Assembly: GCA_047285305.1 (NCBI GenBank)
Contig: JBJBDL010000003.1
Location: 1,056,001 to 1,120,000, forward strand
DNA from: Synechococcus sp.
GTDB taxonomy: Bacteria > Cyanobacteriota > Cyanobacteriia > PCC-6307 > Cyanobiaceae
Reading direction: 5' to 3'
DNA: 64,000 bases
Of this stretch, positions 53,848 to 63,932 are shown in pieces. The position numbers and the translations under genes were made by a program. Under the pieces are notes generated by a model, which had not been told where the DNA came from, did no database searches, and saw nothing but the letters and a program-made list of their open reading frames with translations. Within the stretch, counting starts at the first letter, position 1; each line of letters begins with the position of its first letter.

Positions 53848-55593
53848 ATGGTTCGCTCCAAGCCTCTCCGTGGCGGGCGACCTCAGGCCCCCTCTGCACC
53901 CACCCGTCGTCAGCTTCAACAGCTGGCCACAACTTCTGATTCCGTTCAGACCACGTCTGAAGTGGAGTCCTCCACCCGCAAGGCCGCTCTGGATCGGCGC
54001 CGTGCCCTCACCACCACGGGCAAGGCCGCTCAACTGGGCGGCGCCCTGGTTGGTGGTGGCCGAATTCGCTCCAGCAAGGACGTTCAGCGCCCTGCTCCCT
54101 CTCAGCCAGGCTGGGTCCGACGTGAGAAGGCAGCCACCCGGGCGGTTCCTTTCAATCTGAGCCGCAGCTCTCTGCCAATCACCCATAGGCGCCATCCGTT
54201 GACGGATGCATCGGCAAATGCCCGTCTTCAGGCCTACGAGCAGGAGATCAAGGGCCGCTTTGATCGGATCGTTCCCCTGCTTCAGCAGGTTTCAGCGCTT
54301 CAGCACGAAACCGATTTCATTCCCCAAGCCCAGCGGTTGTGCCGTGCCGAGCTCGGCTTTGATCTGCCTGATCACATCCTGCAGCGGGCCTGGGTGCGCC
54401 CCCTCGATATGCGCGCCCTGTTCGCCTGGTGTGTATTCGAAAGCCACCGTCTGTTCAGTGATCGCTTCTTCCAGGACGATCCCCTGGATGCCGGTACGGA
54501 CAGTGCTGCCTCCCGGGAGTTTGAACAGTTCTTGCTCGACTGTGGGATCCATCTTCTGGACCTGACGCCCTGTGCCGATGGTCGGTTGGCCCACACCGTG
54601 GCCTATGCCCTGCGCATTCCCTTCAGCGCTGTCCGTCGCCGATCCCACGCTGGCGCCATGTTCGACGTGGAGAAAACGGTGAACCGCTGGGTCAAAACCG
54701 AGCACCGCCGCTACCGCGAAGGTTCACCCAATCCCTCCACGGAACCGACCCGTTACCTGAAGGTGGTGACATACCACTTCAGTTCCCTCGATCCCTCCCA
54801 TCAGGGCTGCGCTGCCCATGGCAGCAATGACGAACTTGCGGCAGCGGCGGGTCATCAACGCCTGCTCGACTTCCGTGAGTCGGTGGAAAACAGCTTCTGT
54901 TGCGGTGCCTCCGTTGATCTTCTGCTGATCGGCCTCGACACCGACACCGATGCGATCCGGGTGCATCCCCCAAGCCGTGACAGCGAGATGGTGCTCGACC
55001 GTTGGCTCTGCGCCAGGGAACTGCATGCTGCTACGGCATCGATGAGTGCTGATCAAGCGATGGCACAGATTGCTGAAGCCGTTGAGAGCTCTGCTCCTGG
55101 CCCCATGGATGCCGGGATGGTGTCGTTCCTGACCCGCTTGCTCGCCAAGAACTTCTCCCAGATCGACTACGTGCAGGATCTGCACGGGGGCACATACCCG
55201 GATGCTGGGCACGCAGAGCGTTTCATTGGCGTTGGCATCGGTTTTAAAGAGGTGCATCTGCGCAACCTCACGTATTTCGCCCACCTCGACACCGTCGAGG
55301 AGGGCGCGCCTGATCTCGATGTGGGCGTGAAAATTTTCACAGGTCTGAATGTGTCCCGGGATCTGCCGATTCCGGTTGTGGTGCGTTTCGACTATTCCGG
55401 CCGTGTGCCTGGTGCTCGGGAACGGGCCCTCGCTGATTGCCAACGTGTGAACCAGGCCATCGCCGATCGTTACGCAGCTCTCGTTGATGAGGGTCTGCTC
55501 CACACTTGTCTCACTATTCGCGACCGCAACCAGACGGCTCCGGCCGAGGTCGTCGGTTCCACGCTCGACCCGCAACTTCCGGAGGCTCACTGA
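53848..55593 (+). CDS. csoS3: Carboxysomal beta-class carbonic anhydrase CsoSCA
   Basis: PCADGRL, HFSS...GCAAH zinc ligands, HAERFIGVG. Confidence 0.97.
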   Translation: MVRSKPLRGGRPQAPSAPTRRQLQQLATTSDSVQTTSEVESSTRKAALDRRRALTTTGKAAQLGGALVGGGRIRSSKDVQRPAPSQPGWVRREKAATRAVPFNLSRSSLPITHRRHPLTDASANARLQAYEQEIKGRFDRIVPLLQQVSALQHETDFIPQAQRLCRAELGFDLPDHILQRAWVRPLDMRALFAWCVFESHRLFSDRFFQDDPLDAGTDSAASREFEQFLLDCGIHLLDLTPCADGRLAHTVAYALRIPFSAVRRRSHAGAMFDVEKTVNRWVKTEHRRYREGSPNPSTEPTRYLKVVTYHFSSLDPSHQGCAAHGSNDELAAAAGHQRLLDFRESVENSFCCGASVDLLLIGLDTDTDAIRVHPPSRDSEMVLDRWLCARELHAATASMSADQAMAQIAEAVESSAPGPMDAGMVSFLTRLLAKNFSQIDYVQDLHGGTYPDAGHAERFIGVGIGFKEVHLRNLTYFAHLDTVEEGAPDLDVGVKIFTGLNVSRDLPIPVVVRFDYSGRVPGARERALADCQRVNQAIADRYAALVDEGLLHTCLTIRDRNQTAPAEVVGSTLDPQLPEAH

Positions 55594-55595
55594 TC

Positions 55596-55907
55596 ATGCT
55601 CATCGTCAAGGTCGTCAAGCCGCTCGTTTCCACCAACCGGATCCCTGATTTTGAGCACAAGCACCTCCAGGTGGTTCTGGATGGCAGCACCAAGAAGGTG
55701 GCCGTCGATGCGGTGGGTGCGAAACCTGGTGACTGGGTGATCTGCGTCAGCAGCTCGGCAGCCCGTGAAGCTGCCGGCAGCAAGTCGTATCCCAGTGACC
55801 TCACAATCGTGGGGATCATCGACCACTGGGAACCCGACCCCCCGAAGCCCTCTGCTCCCTCTCCATCCCCCAGCCCCAGCAAACCCGCGGGAGGCAATCC
55901 CAGCTGA
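55596..55907 (+). CDS. csoS4A: Carboxysome vertex pentamer A
   Basis: MLIVKVVKPLVSTNRI...VAVDAVG...DLTIVGIIDHW. Confidence 0.96.
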   Translation: MLIVKVVKPLVSTNRIPDFEHKHLQVVLDGSTKKVAVDAVGAKPGDWVICVSSSAAREAAGSKSYPSDLTIVGIIDHWEPDPPKPSAPSPSPSPSKPAGGNPS

Positions 55908-56158
55908 TGGAGATCATGCAGGTGATGGGAACGCTGGTCTGCTCCTACCGGGTTGCCGGTCTGGATCACATGCACTTGCGCATTCTCAAGAACAACAAGG
56001 GCAAGAAGCTTGTGGCCGTTGACCCCGTGGGTGCCCGTGAGGGCAACTGGGTGTTCACCGCCAGCGGTTCGGCTGCCCGGCATGCCTGCCCTGACAACAC
56101 CGTTCTCACCGATCTCACCATCGGTGGCATCATCGATTTTTGGAATCCGGACGGATAG
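55907..56158 (+). CDS. csoS4B: Carboxysome vertex pentamer B
   Basis: MEIMQVMGTLVC...VAVDPVG...TDLTIGGIIDFW. Confidence 0.96.
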   Translation: MEIMQVMGTLVCSYRVAGLDHMHLRILKNNKGKKLVAVDPVGAREGNWVFTASGSAARHACPDNTVLTDLTIGGIIDFWNPDG

Positions 56159-56211
56159 GGATCCTTCATTTCCCTCCGCCGTTTCCGTTCCGCTTCCACA
56201 CCTACCAATCC

Positions 56212-56748
56212 ATGGCCACTCCTTCCCCCACCCCCCGTCGTCGCACCACCCGCAGCACTGCTGCGGCGAATAAGACCGTGGAAGTGAAGCCTGTGGCTAG
56301 CACCTCTGCTCCAGCGTCGACTACCGCCAAGGCAGCTCCTGCTTCAACGACCCGTCGTGCGTCCACTACAACGCGTCGCAGCAGCGCTTCAAACACCGGA
56401 TCCGACGGCGGCTCAGCCGTGACCAAGCCCCCTGCCACCCCTTCCTCCATCGTTCCAGGTGTGGCGCTGGGCATGATCGAAACCCGAGGCATGGTTCCTG
56501 CCATTGAGGCAGCCGATGCCATGACCAAGGCTGCTGAGGTGAGCTTGATCTGCCGTGAGTACGTGGGTGGTGGCTACGTCACGGTGATGGTGCGTGGTGA
56601 AACCGGTGCGGTGAATGCCGCGGTTCGTGCCGGTGCCGATGCCTGCGAGCGCGTGGGCGACGGCCTCGTTGCTGCTCACATCATTGCCCGTCCCCATAAA
56701 GAGGTGGAGCCGGTGTTAGCTGGCAGTGGTGCAGCTCGCCGCAGCTGA
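56212..56748 (+). CDS. csoS1E: BMC shell protein with disordered N-terminal extension
   Basis: About 83 aa of S/T/A/R/P-rich sequence followed by a CsoS1-like BMC domain. Confidence 0.92.
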   Translation: MATPSPTPRRRTTRSTAAANKTVEVKPVASTSAPASTTAKAAPASTTRRASTTTRRSSASNTGSDGGSAVTKPPATPSSIVPGVALGMIETRGMVPAIEAADAMTKAAEVSLICREYVGGGYVTVMVRGETGAVNAAVRAGADACERVGDGLVAAHIIARPHKEVEPVLAGSGAARRS

Positions 56749-56859
56749 CGGCATAAAAGCCTCCTCACAGCCGTTCACAAAGAGCCCTTTTGCTCCTGAC
56801 CGGCTCCTAGATTCGCCGGCCAACCAGCGACCAGCTCGATCACCATCCCGCTCGCCGTT

Positions 56860-58704
56860 TTGACCCCGGAGCTTTCGCTTCCCATACAGACCGCCTGGTT
56901 GATCCCGCTCTATGGGTTCATCGGGATGCTGGTTTCGCTCCCTTGGGCCTGTGGCTTGTTCCGCAGAGATGCCCATCGACCGGCGGCCTACCTCAATATT
57001 GTTCTCACCCTGCTGGCCTTCGCCCACGGAAGCCTGATCCTGCAGGAGGTGTACCAATCAGGGCCAGTAGATCTGGCCTACCCCTGGCTCAGCGTGGCTG
57101 ATCTGGAGCTGAACATCAGCTTCAGTCTGTCGCTTACCAACCTGGTGGCACTGGAACTGATCACGGGCCTCAGCCTGCTGTCGCAGGTGTATTCCCTGGG
57201 CTACATGGACAAGGAATGGGCTTTGGCCCGCTTCTTTGCTCTGCTCGGTTTTTTTGAGGGTGCGATGAGTGGTGTCGTTCTCAGCGACTCCCTGTTCCAG
57301 AGCTATTTCCTGCTGGAGATGCTGACGCTCTCCACCTATTTATTAGTGGGTTTCTGGTATGCCCAACCCCTGGTGGTCACAGCAGCCCGGGATGCCTTCC
57401 TTACCAAGCGCGTTGGTGATGTGCTGCTGCTGATGGGTGTGGTGGCGCTCTGCAGCTATTCCGGCGTGATGGGATTCAACGACCTTTACGCCTGGGCCGC
57501 TCAAGACACCCTCTCTCCCTTGGCGGCAACGCTTTTGGGTTTGGGCCTGGTCGCTGGCCCAACGGGCAAATGCGCCCAGTTCCCCATGCACCTCTGGCTG
57601 GACGAAGCCATGGAGGGCCCGAACCCTGCTTCGATTCTGCGGAACTCGGTGGTGGTGACCTGCGGCGCGATCGTGCTGCTGAAGGTGATGCCCATCCTTC
57701 AGCTCTCGCCCATCGCCATCGGCGTGATGCTCGTGATCGGCAGCATCAGTGCGATCGGTGGCTCTTTGGTGGCACTGGCTCAGGTGGACATCAAACGCAC
57801 GCTGTCGTATTCCACAACGGCCCACATGGGCCTTGTCTTCATCGCCATTGCGCTGCAGATCCCTGTTCTGGCCTTGTTGCTGCTGTTCACTCATGCAGTG
57901 TCCAAGGCGCTGCTGTCGATGAGCATCGGCGGTGTGATTGCCTCAACCAACTGTCAGGACATCACCGAACTGGGGGGATTGGGCAGCCGCATGCCGGCCA
58001 CCACCACGGCGTTTCTTGTGGGTGGTGCTGGTTTGGTGGGCTTCCTGCCCCTGGGTGGCTTCCTGGCCCTGGCCCAGTCGATTGAACTGCTGAGCGTGCG
58101 CTCGGTGCCGTTCATGGCGGTCTTCCTCCTCACCAACGCACTCACCGCCATGGGTCTGGTGCGGGTGTTCCGCCATGTGTTCATGGGGGATTCCCTGATC
58201 AAGTCCCGCCGGGCTGCCGAGGTGAACTGGCAGATGGCGTTCCCGATGGTGGCGCTCACCGTGATTGTGCTGATCACCCCGCTGTTGCTGGTGCGGCTTG
58301 AATCGCTCGATGGTTTGTTGGCCTTCCCCCTCTGGGCAGCAGCTCTGGTGGTGGGAAGCGGACTGCTGGGCCTGCTGGCTGGCGCCGTTCTCCCTCTGAG
58401 CAAGGCCTGGTCCCGCTCGCTGAATCCTGCGCTGCGCTGGTGGCAGGACCTGCTGGCTTATGACTTCTACACCGAGCGCTTCTATCGCCTCACCATCGTC
58501 AACGTGGTGGCTGGCTTCTCTCGCCTGGCCTCCTGGTTCGACCGAAATGTGGTGGATGGTCTTCTCAATGGGGTGGCTCGCTTCTCCTTGGCCAGTGCCG
58601 ACAGCCTCAAGCTCAGCGTCAGCGGCCAGAGCCAGTCATATGTGCTGACGGTGCTCCTGGCCATTGTTCTTTTCCTCACCGCGGTGAGCTGGTTCCTCAC
58701 CTGA
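56860..58704 (+). CDS. ndhF4: NDH-1 CO2-uptake complex subunit F
   Basis: ARDAFLTKRVGD, KCAQFPMHLWLDEAMEGP; operon with ndhD and cup. Confidence 0.88.
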   Translation: MTPELSLPIQTAWLIPLYGFIGMLVSLPWACGLFRRDAHRPAAYLNIVLTLLAFAHGSLILQEVYQSGPVDLAYPWLSVADLELNISFSLSLTNLVALELITGLSLLSQVYSLGYMDKEWALARFFALLGFFEGAMSGVVLSDSLFQSYFLLEMLTLSTYLLVGFWYAQPLVVTAARDAFLTKRVGDVLLLMGVVALCSYSGVMGFNDLYAWAAQDTLSPLAATLLGLGLVAGPTGKCAQFPMHLWLDEAMEGPNPASILRNSVVVTCGAIVLLKVMPILQLSPIAIGVMLVIGSISAIGGSLVALAQVDIKRTLSYSTTAHMGLVFIAIALQIPVLALLLLFTHAVSKALLSMSIGGVIASTNCQDITELGGLGSRMPATTTAFLVGGAGLVGFLPLGGFLALAQSIELLSVRSVPFMAVFLLTNALTAMGLVRVFRHVFMGDSLIKSRRAAEVNWQMAFPMVALTVIVLITPLLLVRLESLDGLLAFPLWAAALVVGSGLLGLLAGAVLPLSKAWSRSLNPALRWWQDLLAYDFYTERFYRLTIVNVVAGFSRLASWFDRNVVDGLLNGVARFSLASADSLKLSVSGQSQSYVLTVLLAIVLFLTAVSWFLT

Positions 58705-58714
58705 TCGCCCCGAG

Positions 58715-60205
58715 ATGCTTCTTTCCCTCCTGCTTTTGATTCCCTTCCTCGGGGCTCTGGCTCTGATCCTCTGGCCGGGAACCCCCTCCAGTGAACGCCT
58801 GCGCGATGTGTCCATTGTGCTGCTGGTGGTGCAGTGTCTGGCGAGCTTTGCCCTGCTGCTGCCTTTCGATGCCGCCGACGCAGGTTTGCAGTTGGTGGAA
58901 CAGGCCCGCTGGGTGCATGCCATCGGCCTGGATTACGCCTTGGCGCTGGACGGTCTTTCCTTGCCGCTGGTGTTGATGAATGGGGTGCTCTGCCTGGTGG
59001 CGGCCATATCGTCGCGCACGATCGAAAACCGCCCCCGGGTCTACTTCGCCCTGTTGCTGGTGATTTCCGGAGCAGTGAATGGTGCCTTCCTGGCCCAGAA
59101 CCTTCTGCTCTTCTTCCTGTTCTACGAACTGGAACTCATCCCCCTCTGGATGTTGATCGCTGTGTGGGGTGGTGCCAACAGGGCTTACGCCGCCACGAAG
59201 TTTCTGATCGTCACCGCCGTCTCAGGCGTGCTGATCCTGGGTGCGTTCCTTGGCATTGCTCTGGTCACCGGAACCATGGACTTCAGCCTGCGGCCGATCC
59301 TTGCCGGAGAACTGGGCATGACCGCCCAGCTGCTGCTGATGGGTGCTCTTTTGATCGGCTTTGGCATCAAGATCCCCCTCTTCCCCTTCCACACCTGGCT
59401 GCCGGATGCCCACACCGAGGCCTCCACACCGGTGTCGGTTCTTCTGGCAGGTGTGCTGCTCAAGCTGGGCACCTACGGCCTGCTGCGTTTCTGCCTTGGC
59501 TTATTCCCCGATGCCTGGCAGCTCGCATCTCCATGGTTGGCCGGTTGGGCTGCGATCTCAGTGCTCTACGGATCGCTGGCCGCGATCGCCCAGACCGACA
59601 TGAAGCGCATGGTGGCCTACAGCTCTGTTGGACACATGGGTTACGTGCTGCTGGCTGCCGCCGCCGCCACGCCGCTCGGGTTGATGGGAGCCCTGTTCCA
59701 GATGGTGAGCCATGGCCTGATCTCCGGGGTGCTGTTCCTAGTGGTGGGTGTCGTTTACGCCCAGACCGGTACCCGTGACCTCAACGTGTTGCGTGGCCTG
59801 CTCAATCCCCAGCGCGGCCTGCCGTTGACGGGATCTCTGATGATCATCGGGGTGATGGCCAGTGCCGGAATTCCCGGCATGGCCGGCTTTATCTCAGAAT
59901 TTCTGATTTTCCGCGGCAGCCTGCAGCCCTTCCCCCTGGCCACGCTGCTTTCCATGGTGGGATCGGGCCTAACGGCGGTGTATTTCCTGTTGTTGGTGAA
60001 CCGCGCCTTCTTCGGTCGCCTGGCGATCGCACCCGGCGAGGTGGTGAATCCCCGTATCCTCAATCGCGTAGCGCTGCGGGAGCAGGCCCCGGCCATCGCC
60101 CTCAGCTTCGGTGTGCTTGTGCTTGGCCTTGCTCCGGAGCTGCTCTCGAACCTCAGTGAGGCGGCTACCACGGGCCTCAGCCTGATCACTGGAGATCTGT
60201 CATGA
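58715..60205 (+). CDS. ndhD4: NDH-1 CO2-uptake complex subunit D
   Basis: FYELELIP, KIPLFPFHTWLPDAH, LLKLGTYG, AYSSVGHMG. Confidence 0.88.
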   Translation: MLLSLLLLIPFLGALALILWPGTPSSERLRDVSIVLLVVQCLASFALLLPFDAADAGLQLVEQARWVHAIGLDYALALDGLSLPLVLMNGVLCLVAAISSRTIENRPRVYFALLLVISGAVNGAFLAQNLLLFFLFYELELIPLWMLIAVWGGANRAYAATKFLIVTAVSGVLILGAFLGIALVTGTMDFSLRPILAGELGMTAQLLLMGALLIGFGIKIPLFPFHTWLPDAHTEASTPVSVLLAGVLLKLGTYGLLRFCLGLFPDAWQLASPWLAGWAAISVLYGSLAAIAQTDMKRMVAYSSVGHMGYVLLAAAAATPLGLMGALFQMVSHGLISGVLFLVVGVVYAQTGTRDLNVLRGLLNPQRGLPLTGSLMIIGVMASAGIPGMAGFISEFLIFRGSLQPFPLATLLSMVGSGLTAVYFLLLVNRAFFGRLAIAPGEVVNPRILNRVALREQAPAIALSFGVLVLGLAPELLSNLSEAATTGLSLITGDLS

Positions 60206-61341
60206 CCCCGACATCCTCATCCACCGTTCAACCTCCGGTGCTTCCCGATCAGGAGGATTTGATCCGTTGTTTGCTCAGCGATACGCCGCTGCTCAAGGAC
60301 ACCCCCGACCATCTGCTGCAGGTGGTGAATGTGCTCGAGAGCTATGGGCTTGTTCTCGATGCCTACAGCAAGAACCTGGTGGATCAGGGCGAGCAGCAGA
60401 TGCTCAATCCCTTTCCGGTGTTCCGCTTTTTCCACGAGGGGTTCAGCTTCAAGCGCCTGTGGAACCATCTGATGGGGGATCGCATCAATTTCGAGTACGC
60501 CGAGTACTGCCAGAAGGCGATGTTCTGGCATGGAACCGGCGGGCTGGATGCCTACCTCGACACGCCTGAATTCGCGGAGGCCTGCCAGCGGATCATTAAG
60601 CGCAAGTCTGCGCGGGACCCTCTGTTAGCCCTGAACAACCGCCTCTATCCCGACTTTGCCCCGGAGGCCATCCGCTCACTAACCACGATTTATTGCCTCG
60701 GTCTGTTCTGGCGGGTGATGAGTGACATCTTTGTTGACCTGGCCCGCCGCTATGCAATCAAGGAAGTCACCTGCGTCAACGATGTGGTGCATCACATCCG
60801 CGATGGCTTGGTGGCTGCGGCTGGAAGCCCGATTGAATACAAGGTGACGATCGGTGGTGAAGAGATTTGGGTGCTTCCCCCTGAGGCGGGTCTCACGTTC
60901 CTGGTGGATGTTGCGGTGCCCTACGTGGAGGCCGTTTTCTTCCGCGGCATGCCCTTCCTTGGAACGGTGTCCTACAACGCCCAGGCCCGGCAGATCTCTC
61001 CGGACATAAGTGATTTCAAGTACGGCGCCCTGTATGCCGATCCGATTCCGAGCATGGGTGCGGGCATTCCCCCCAGCCTCTGCATGCAGGACATGTACCG
61101 CCACCTGCCCGAGGAACTGAGCCTCTGGTACGACGACAACGGTCGTGGCCAAACGGACGTGCACGTGCAGATCTGCGTCAGCTTCCAGAAGTCGATGTTC
61201 TGCGTCACCAATGCCGCCATCGCCGGCACCATGCCCCATCCGCTGGACACCAATGATCCCGAGCAGCAGGCCGCCAATCAGGCCTACGCCGAGGCCTGGT
61301 CTGGGCGCCTGATGGGCTGCCAGCGGGTGGCGCTCCTCTAG
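60202..61341 (+). CDS. cupB: CO2 hydration protein CupB/ChpX
   Basis: DRINFEYAEYC..AMFWHGTGGLD, PYVEAVFFRG, SFQKSMFCVT; the 379-aa length fits CupB rather than the longer CupA. Confidence 0.88.
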   Translation: MTPTSSSTVQPPVLPDQEDLIRCLLSDTPLLKDTPDHLLQVVNVLESYGLVLDAYSKNLVDQGEQQMLNPFPVFRFFHEGFSFKRLWNHLMGDRINFEYAEYCQKAMFWHGTGGLDAYLDTPEFAEACQRIIKRKSARDPLLALNNRLYPDFAPEAIRSLTTIYCLGLFWRVMSDIFVDLARRYAIKEVTCVNDVVHHIRDGLVAAAGSPIEYKVTIGGEEIWVLPPEAGLTFLVDVAVPYVEAVFFRGMPFLGTVSYNAQARQISPDISDFKYGALYADPIPSMGAGIPPSLCMQDMYRHLPEELSLWYDDNGRGQTDVHVQICVSFQKSMFCVTNAAIAGTMPHPLDTNDPEQQAANQAYAEAWSGRLMGCQRVALL

Positions 61342-61375
61342 GTTTTCAGCAGATTCAGGCTGAACGGGGACTCTG

Positions 61376-61627
61376 ATGAATCAGTGGCAGGAGCGGAAAC
61401 GACCCGTATGCCTCGAGTGTCGTTTCGAGTTTGATAGCTACGACGCCACCAGGGATTTTCTTGACAAGCTCGGCGACCACAGCGAGGCGACCCAGCGCTT
61501 TCCCGACATCAGCTTCGGGCGCACCTACGTGAACATCACGATCCGGCCGGAGGATGACAGCCCCGATGCCCAGCTGAGCGAAGCCGATCGCGCCTTTGCC
61601 GCAGAGATCGATGCCCTCCTCAGTTGA
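61376..61627 (+). CDS. Pterin-4a-carbinolamine dehydratase-like Rubisco assembly factor (acRAF/Raf2)
   Basis: [15 protein letters not shown]...[15 protein letters not shown]; location in the carboxysome locus. Confidence 0.88.
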   Translation: MNQWQERKRPVCLECRFEFDSYDATRDFLDKLGDHSEATQRFPDISFGRTYVNITIRPEDDSPDAQLSEADRAFAAEIDALLS

Positions 61628-62516
61628 TCTGGCTTCGGCCTACGCCGATTCCGGTGTGGCTGAGGTGTTGGACCAACTGGATCGTGAACTGATCGGCCTG
61701 GCACCGGTGAAGACGCGGGTCCGGGAGATTGCAGCGCTGCTTCTGGTGGATCAGGCGCGGCAGCAACTGGAGTTGCCCAGCACCGCGCCCAGTTTGCACA
61801 TGTCGTTCACCGGCCATCCCGGCACGGGCAAGACCACCGTGGCGCAGCGGATGTCGCAAATCCTGCATCGCCTCGGTTACCTCCGCAAAGGCCATGTGGT
61901 GACGGCCACCCGCGACGATCTCGTGGGTCAGTATGTGGGTCACACCGCCCCAAAAACCAAGGAGATGCTCAAGCGTGCCCAGGGTGGCGTGCTGTTCATC
62001 GATGAGGCCTATTACCTCTACAAGCCAGACAACGAACGCGATTACGGCGCCGAAGCGATTGAGATTCTCCTGCAGGAGATGGAGAGCCGGCGCAGCGACG
62101 TTGTGGTGATCTTTGCCGGCTACAGAGATCGGATGGAGACCTTCTACAGCTCAAATCCAGGCCTGTCTTCAAGGGTGGCGCACCATCTCGATTTCCCCGA
62201 CTACAGCGACGACGAGCTGATGGCGATTGCAGGGCTGCTCCTCGAGGCCCAGCACTACCAGTTCAGTGCCGAGGCCGAGACGGCGTTCTCCGATTACGTC
62301 TCGCGCCGGCGTCAGCTGCCTTTCTTCGCCAACGCTCGCTCGGTTCGCAATGCCTTGGATCGGGCCCGTCTGCGCCAGGCCAACCGGTTGTTTTCGCGGA
62401 TGGGAGAAGCCCTCACCAAACAGGATCTCACAACGATTGAGGAGGCCGACATCCGGGCCAGTCGTGTGTTCAAGGGTGAAGTGGAGGGCCACCATCCCGC
62501 TCAGCACGCCCCCTGA
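61611..62516 (+). CDS. cbbX: CbbX AAA+ ATPase (red-type Rubisco activase homologue)
   Basis: [40 protein letters not shown]. Confidence 0.95.
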   Translation: MPSSVDLASAYADSGVAEVLDQLDRELIGLAPVKTRVREIAALLLVDQARQQLELPSTAPSLHMSFTGHPGTGKTTVAQRMSQILHRLGYLRKGHVVTATRDDLVGQYVGHTAPKTKEMLKRAQGGVLFIDEAYYLYKPDNERDYGAEAIEILLQEMESRRSDVVVIFAGYRDRMETFYSSNPGLSSRVAHHLDFPDYSDDELMAIAGLLLEAQHYQFSAEAETAFSDYVSRRRQLPFFANARSVRNALDRARLRQANRLFSRMGEALTKQDLTTIEEADIRASRVFKGEVEGHHPAQHAP

Positions 62517-63696
62517 TCAGCTGCGCCATGCCGAGGCCCACCAGCAGGCCGGCTGTGCCGTGACCCTGCAGGAGGGCAACCCCGAGCACCAGAACCGCCA
62601 ATGGTGCAGGAAGCACGCAGCGGTACAACGCACCTGTGAGGGTGCCGCACCAGCTGCCCAGGCTTCCCAGATCGGGCAACAGCAGGTGGAGTCCCATTCC
62701 AAGTGCGCAGGCCACCAGGAACAAGGGGAAGAACACCCCTCCGCGCCAGCCTGTTTCCAGGCAAAGGCCGAGCATTAGCAGTTTCACGATCGAGGAGAGG
62801 AGTAGAACCCAGGCCTCACTTGAGTTCTGGCCTTCCAGCAGGGGCCCCAGCTGCTCTTCCCCGGCGAAGGGAACCAACGGCACCCAGTGCATGCAGACCC
62901 CCAACAGCAGGCCGGTCAGCAGCGGCCACCAGGGCCATTGGGCCAGGAGTTGGCGCTGCCCCAGCCAGCCTCGCCACTGCAGAAACAACAAACCCAGGCC
63001 GCAACCGATGAGTCCCCCCAATAGGCCTGCGCTGAGGCTGCCGAGATCTTCCCCCAGGTTGCTGGGCCATATGTACGGAAGCCGTTGCAGCGATCCACCG
63101 CTGGCGGTTCCCATGCCATTGAAGGCGGTGTAACCGGCAACGCCGCCAAGGCTGCCCGGCAACCAGCGGTCGAGGAAGGTCTGCTTGCGGTTTTTTGGAT
63201 GAGCGACCTCGCCAACCACAGCACCACCCAGCAGTGGAGCTCCGAAGAAGGCGAGGCTCCCTGCCACTGTTGCTTCCAGCAGCTTCTGGTCACGACCACG
63301 CCAGATCTGTTGACTGATCAGGGCGGCCATGCGGCTCATCAGGGCCTCAGGTCCGATGCAACCTCCCCCAACCTGGGCCAGAGCCGCTCCGAGAAGGCCG
63401 CGAGCTTCATCGCGTTTTGGCGCCTGGTCGGGATCACGCAGATCACTCAGGGTGTCTCGCAACTCCGGTAGCAGCGTGGTGGGGCCGGGGCGATGCAGCA
63501 GCGAAAGAATCAAGCCGCTGCCGCCGCAGATCAGCAGCGACCAGCCCAGGGGGAGGCTGCGTTCCAAGCCCTCGAGCACCGGATCTCCCCAGAGCCGCTG
63601 GCTTAAGCCGCCGATCCAACCCATCACCACCGCCACACCGGCGCCGCTCAGGGCGCCGGTGAGGAGGGCCATCAGGCTGAGGCGAAGGCGAGTCAC
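62470..63696 (-). CDS. ClC-family chloride channel/transporter (YfeO-like, no CBS domains)
   Basis: [28 protein letters not shown]. Confidence 0.85.
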   Translation of the reverse strand: MTRLRLSLMALLTGALSGAGVAVVMGWIGGLSQRLWGDPVLEGLERSLPLGWSLLICGGSGLILSLLHRPGPTTLLPELRDTLSDLRDPDQAPKRDEARGLLGAALAQVGGGCIGPEALMSRMAALISQQIWRGRDQKLLEATVAGSLAFFGAPLLGGAVVGEVAHPKNRKQTFLDRWLPGSLGGVAGYTAFNGMGTASGGSLQRLPYIWPSNLGEDLGSLSAGLLGGLIGCGLGLLFLQWRGWLGQRQLLAQWPWWPLLTGLLLGVCMHWVPLVPFAGEEQLGPLLEGQNSSEAWVLLLSSIVKLLMLGLCLETGWRGGVFFPLFLVACALGMGLHLLLPDLGSLGSWCGTLTGALYRCVLPAPLAVLVLGVALLQGHGTAGLLVGLGMAQLIRGRAERDGGPPLHP

Positions 63697-63932
63697 CAGT
63701 GCGGGTCGGTGGCGAATTCAACGCTGAGTTTCGCTGATTTCGATGCCGGAACGGTGCTGATGCAGGCGCGAACCGTCTTGCCGTTTACGTCGATCTCGCA
63801 GGCCCCGCAGCTGCCCCCCAGGCAACCGGTGGGAATGCTGATGCCCGCTCCACTGGCGGCCACCAACCAGTCCTGGCCGATGGTTTCGTGGGTGATGCGC
63901 CCATCGGGCCAGCGCACAGGAATCGACTTCAT
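63693..63932 (-). CDS. Small 2Fe-2S ferredoxin-like protein
   Basis: IPTGCLGGSCGAC...RAC. Confidence 0.88.
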   Translation of the reverse strand: MKSIPVRWPDGRITHETIGQDWLVAASGAGISIPTGCLGGSCGACEIDVNGKTVRACISTVPASKSAKLSVEFATDPHW

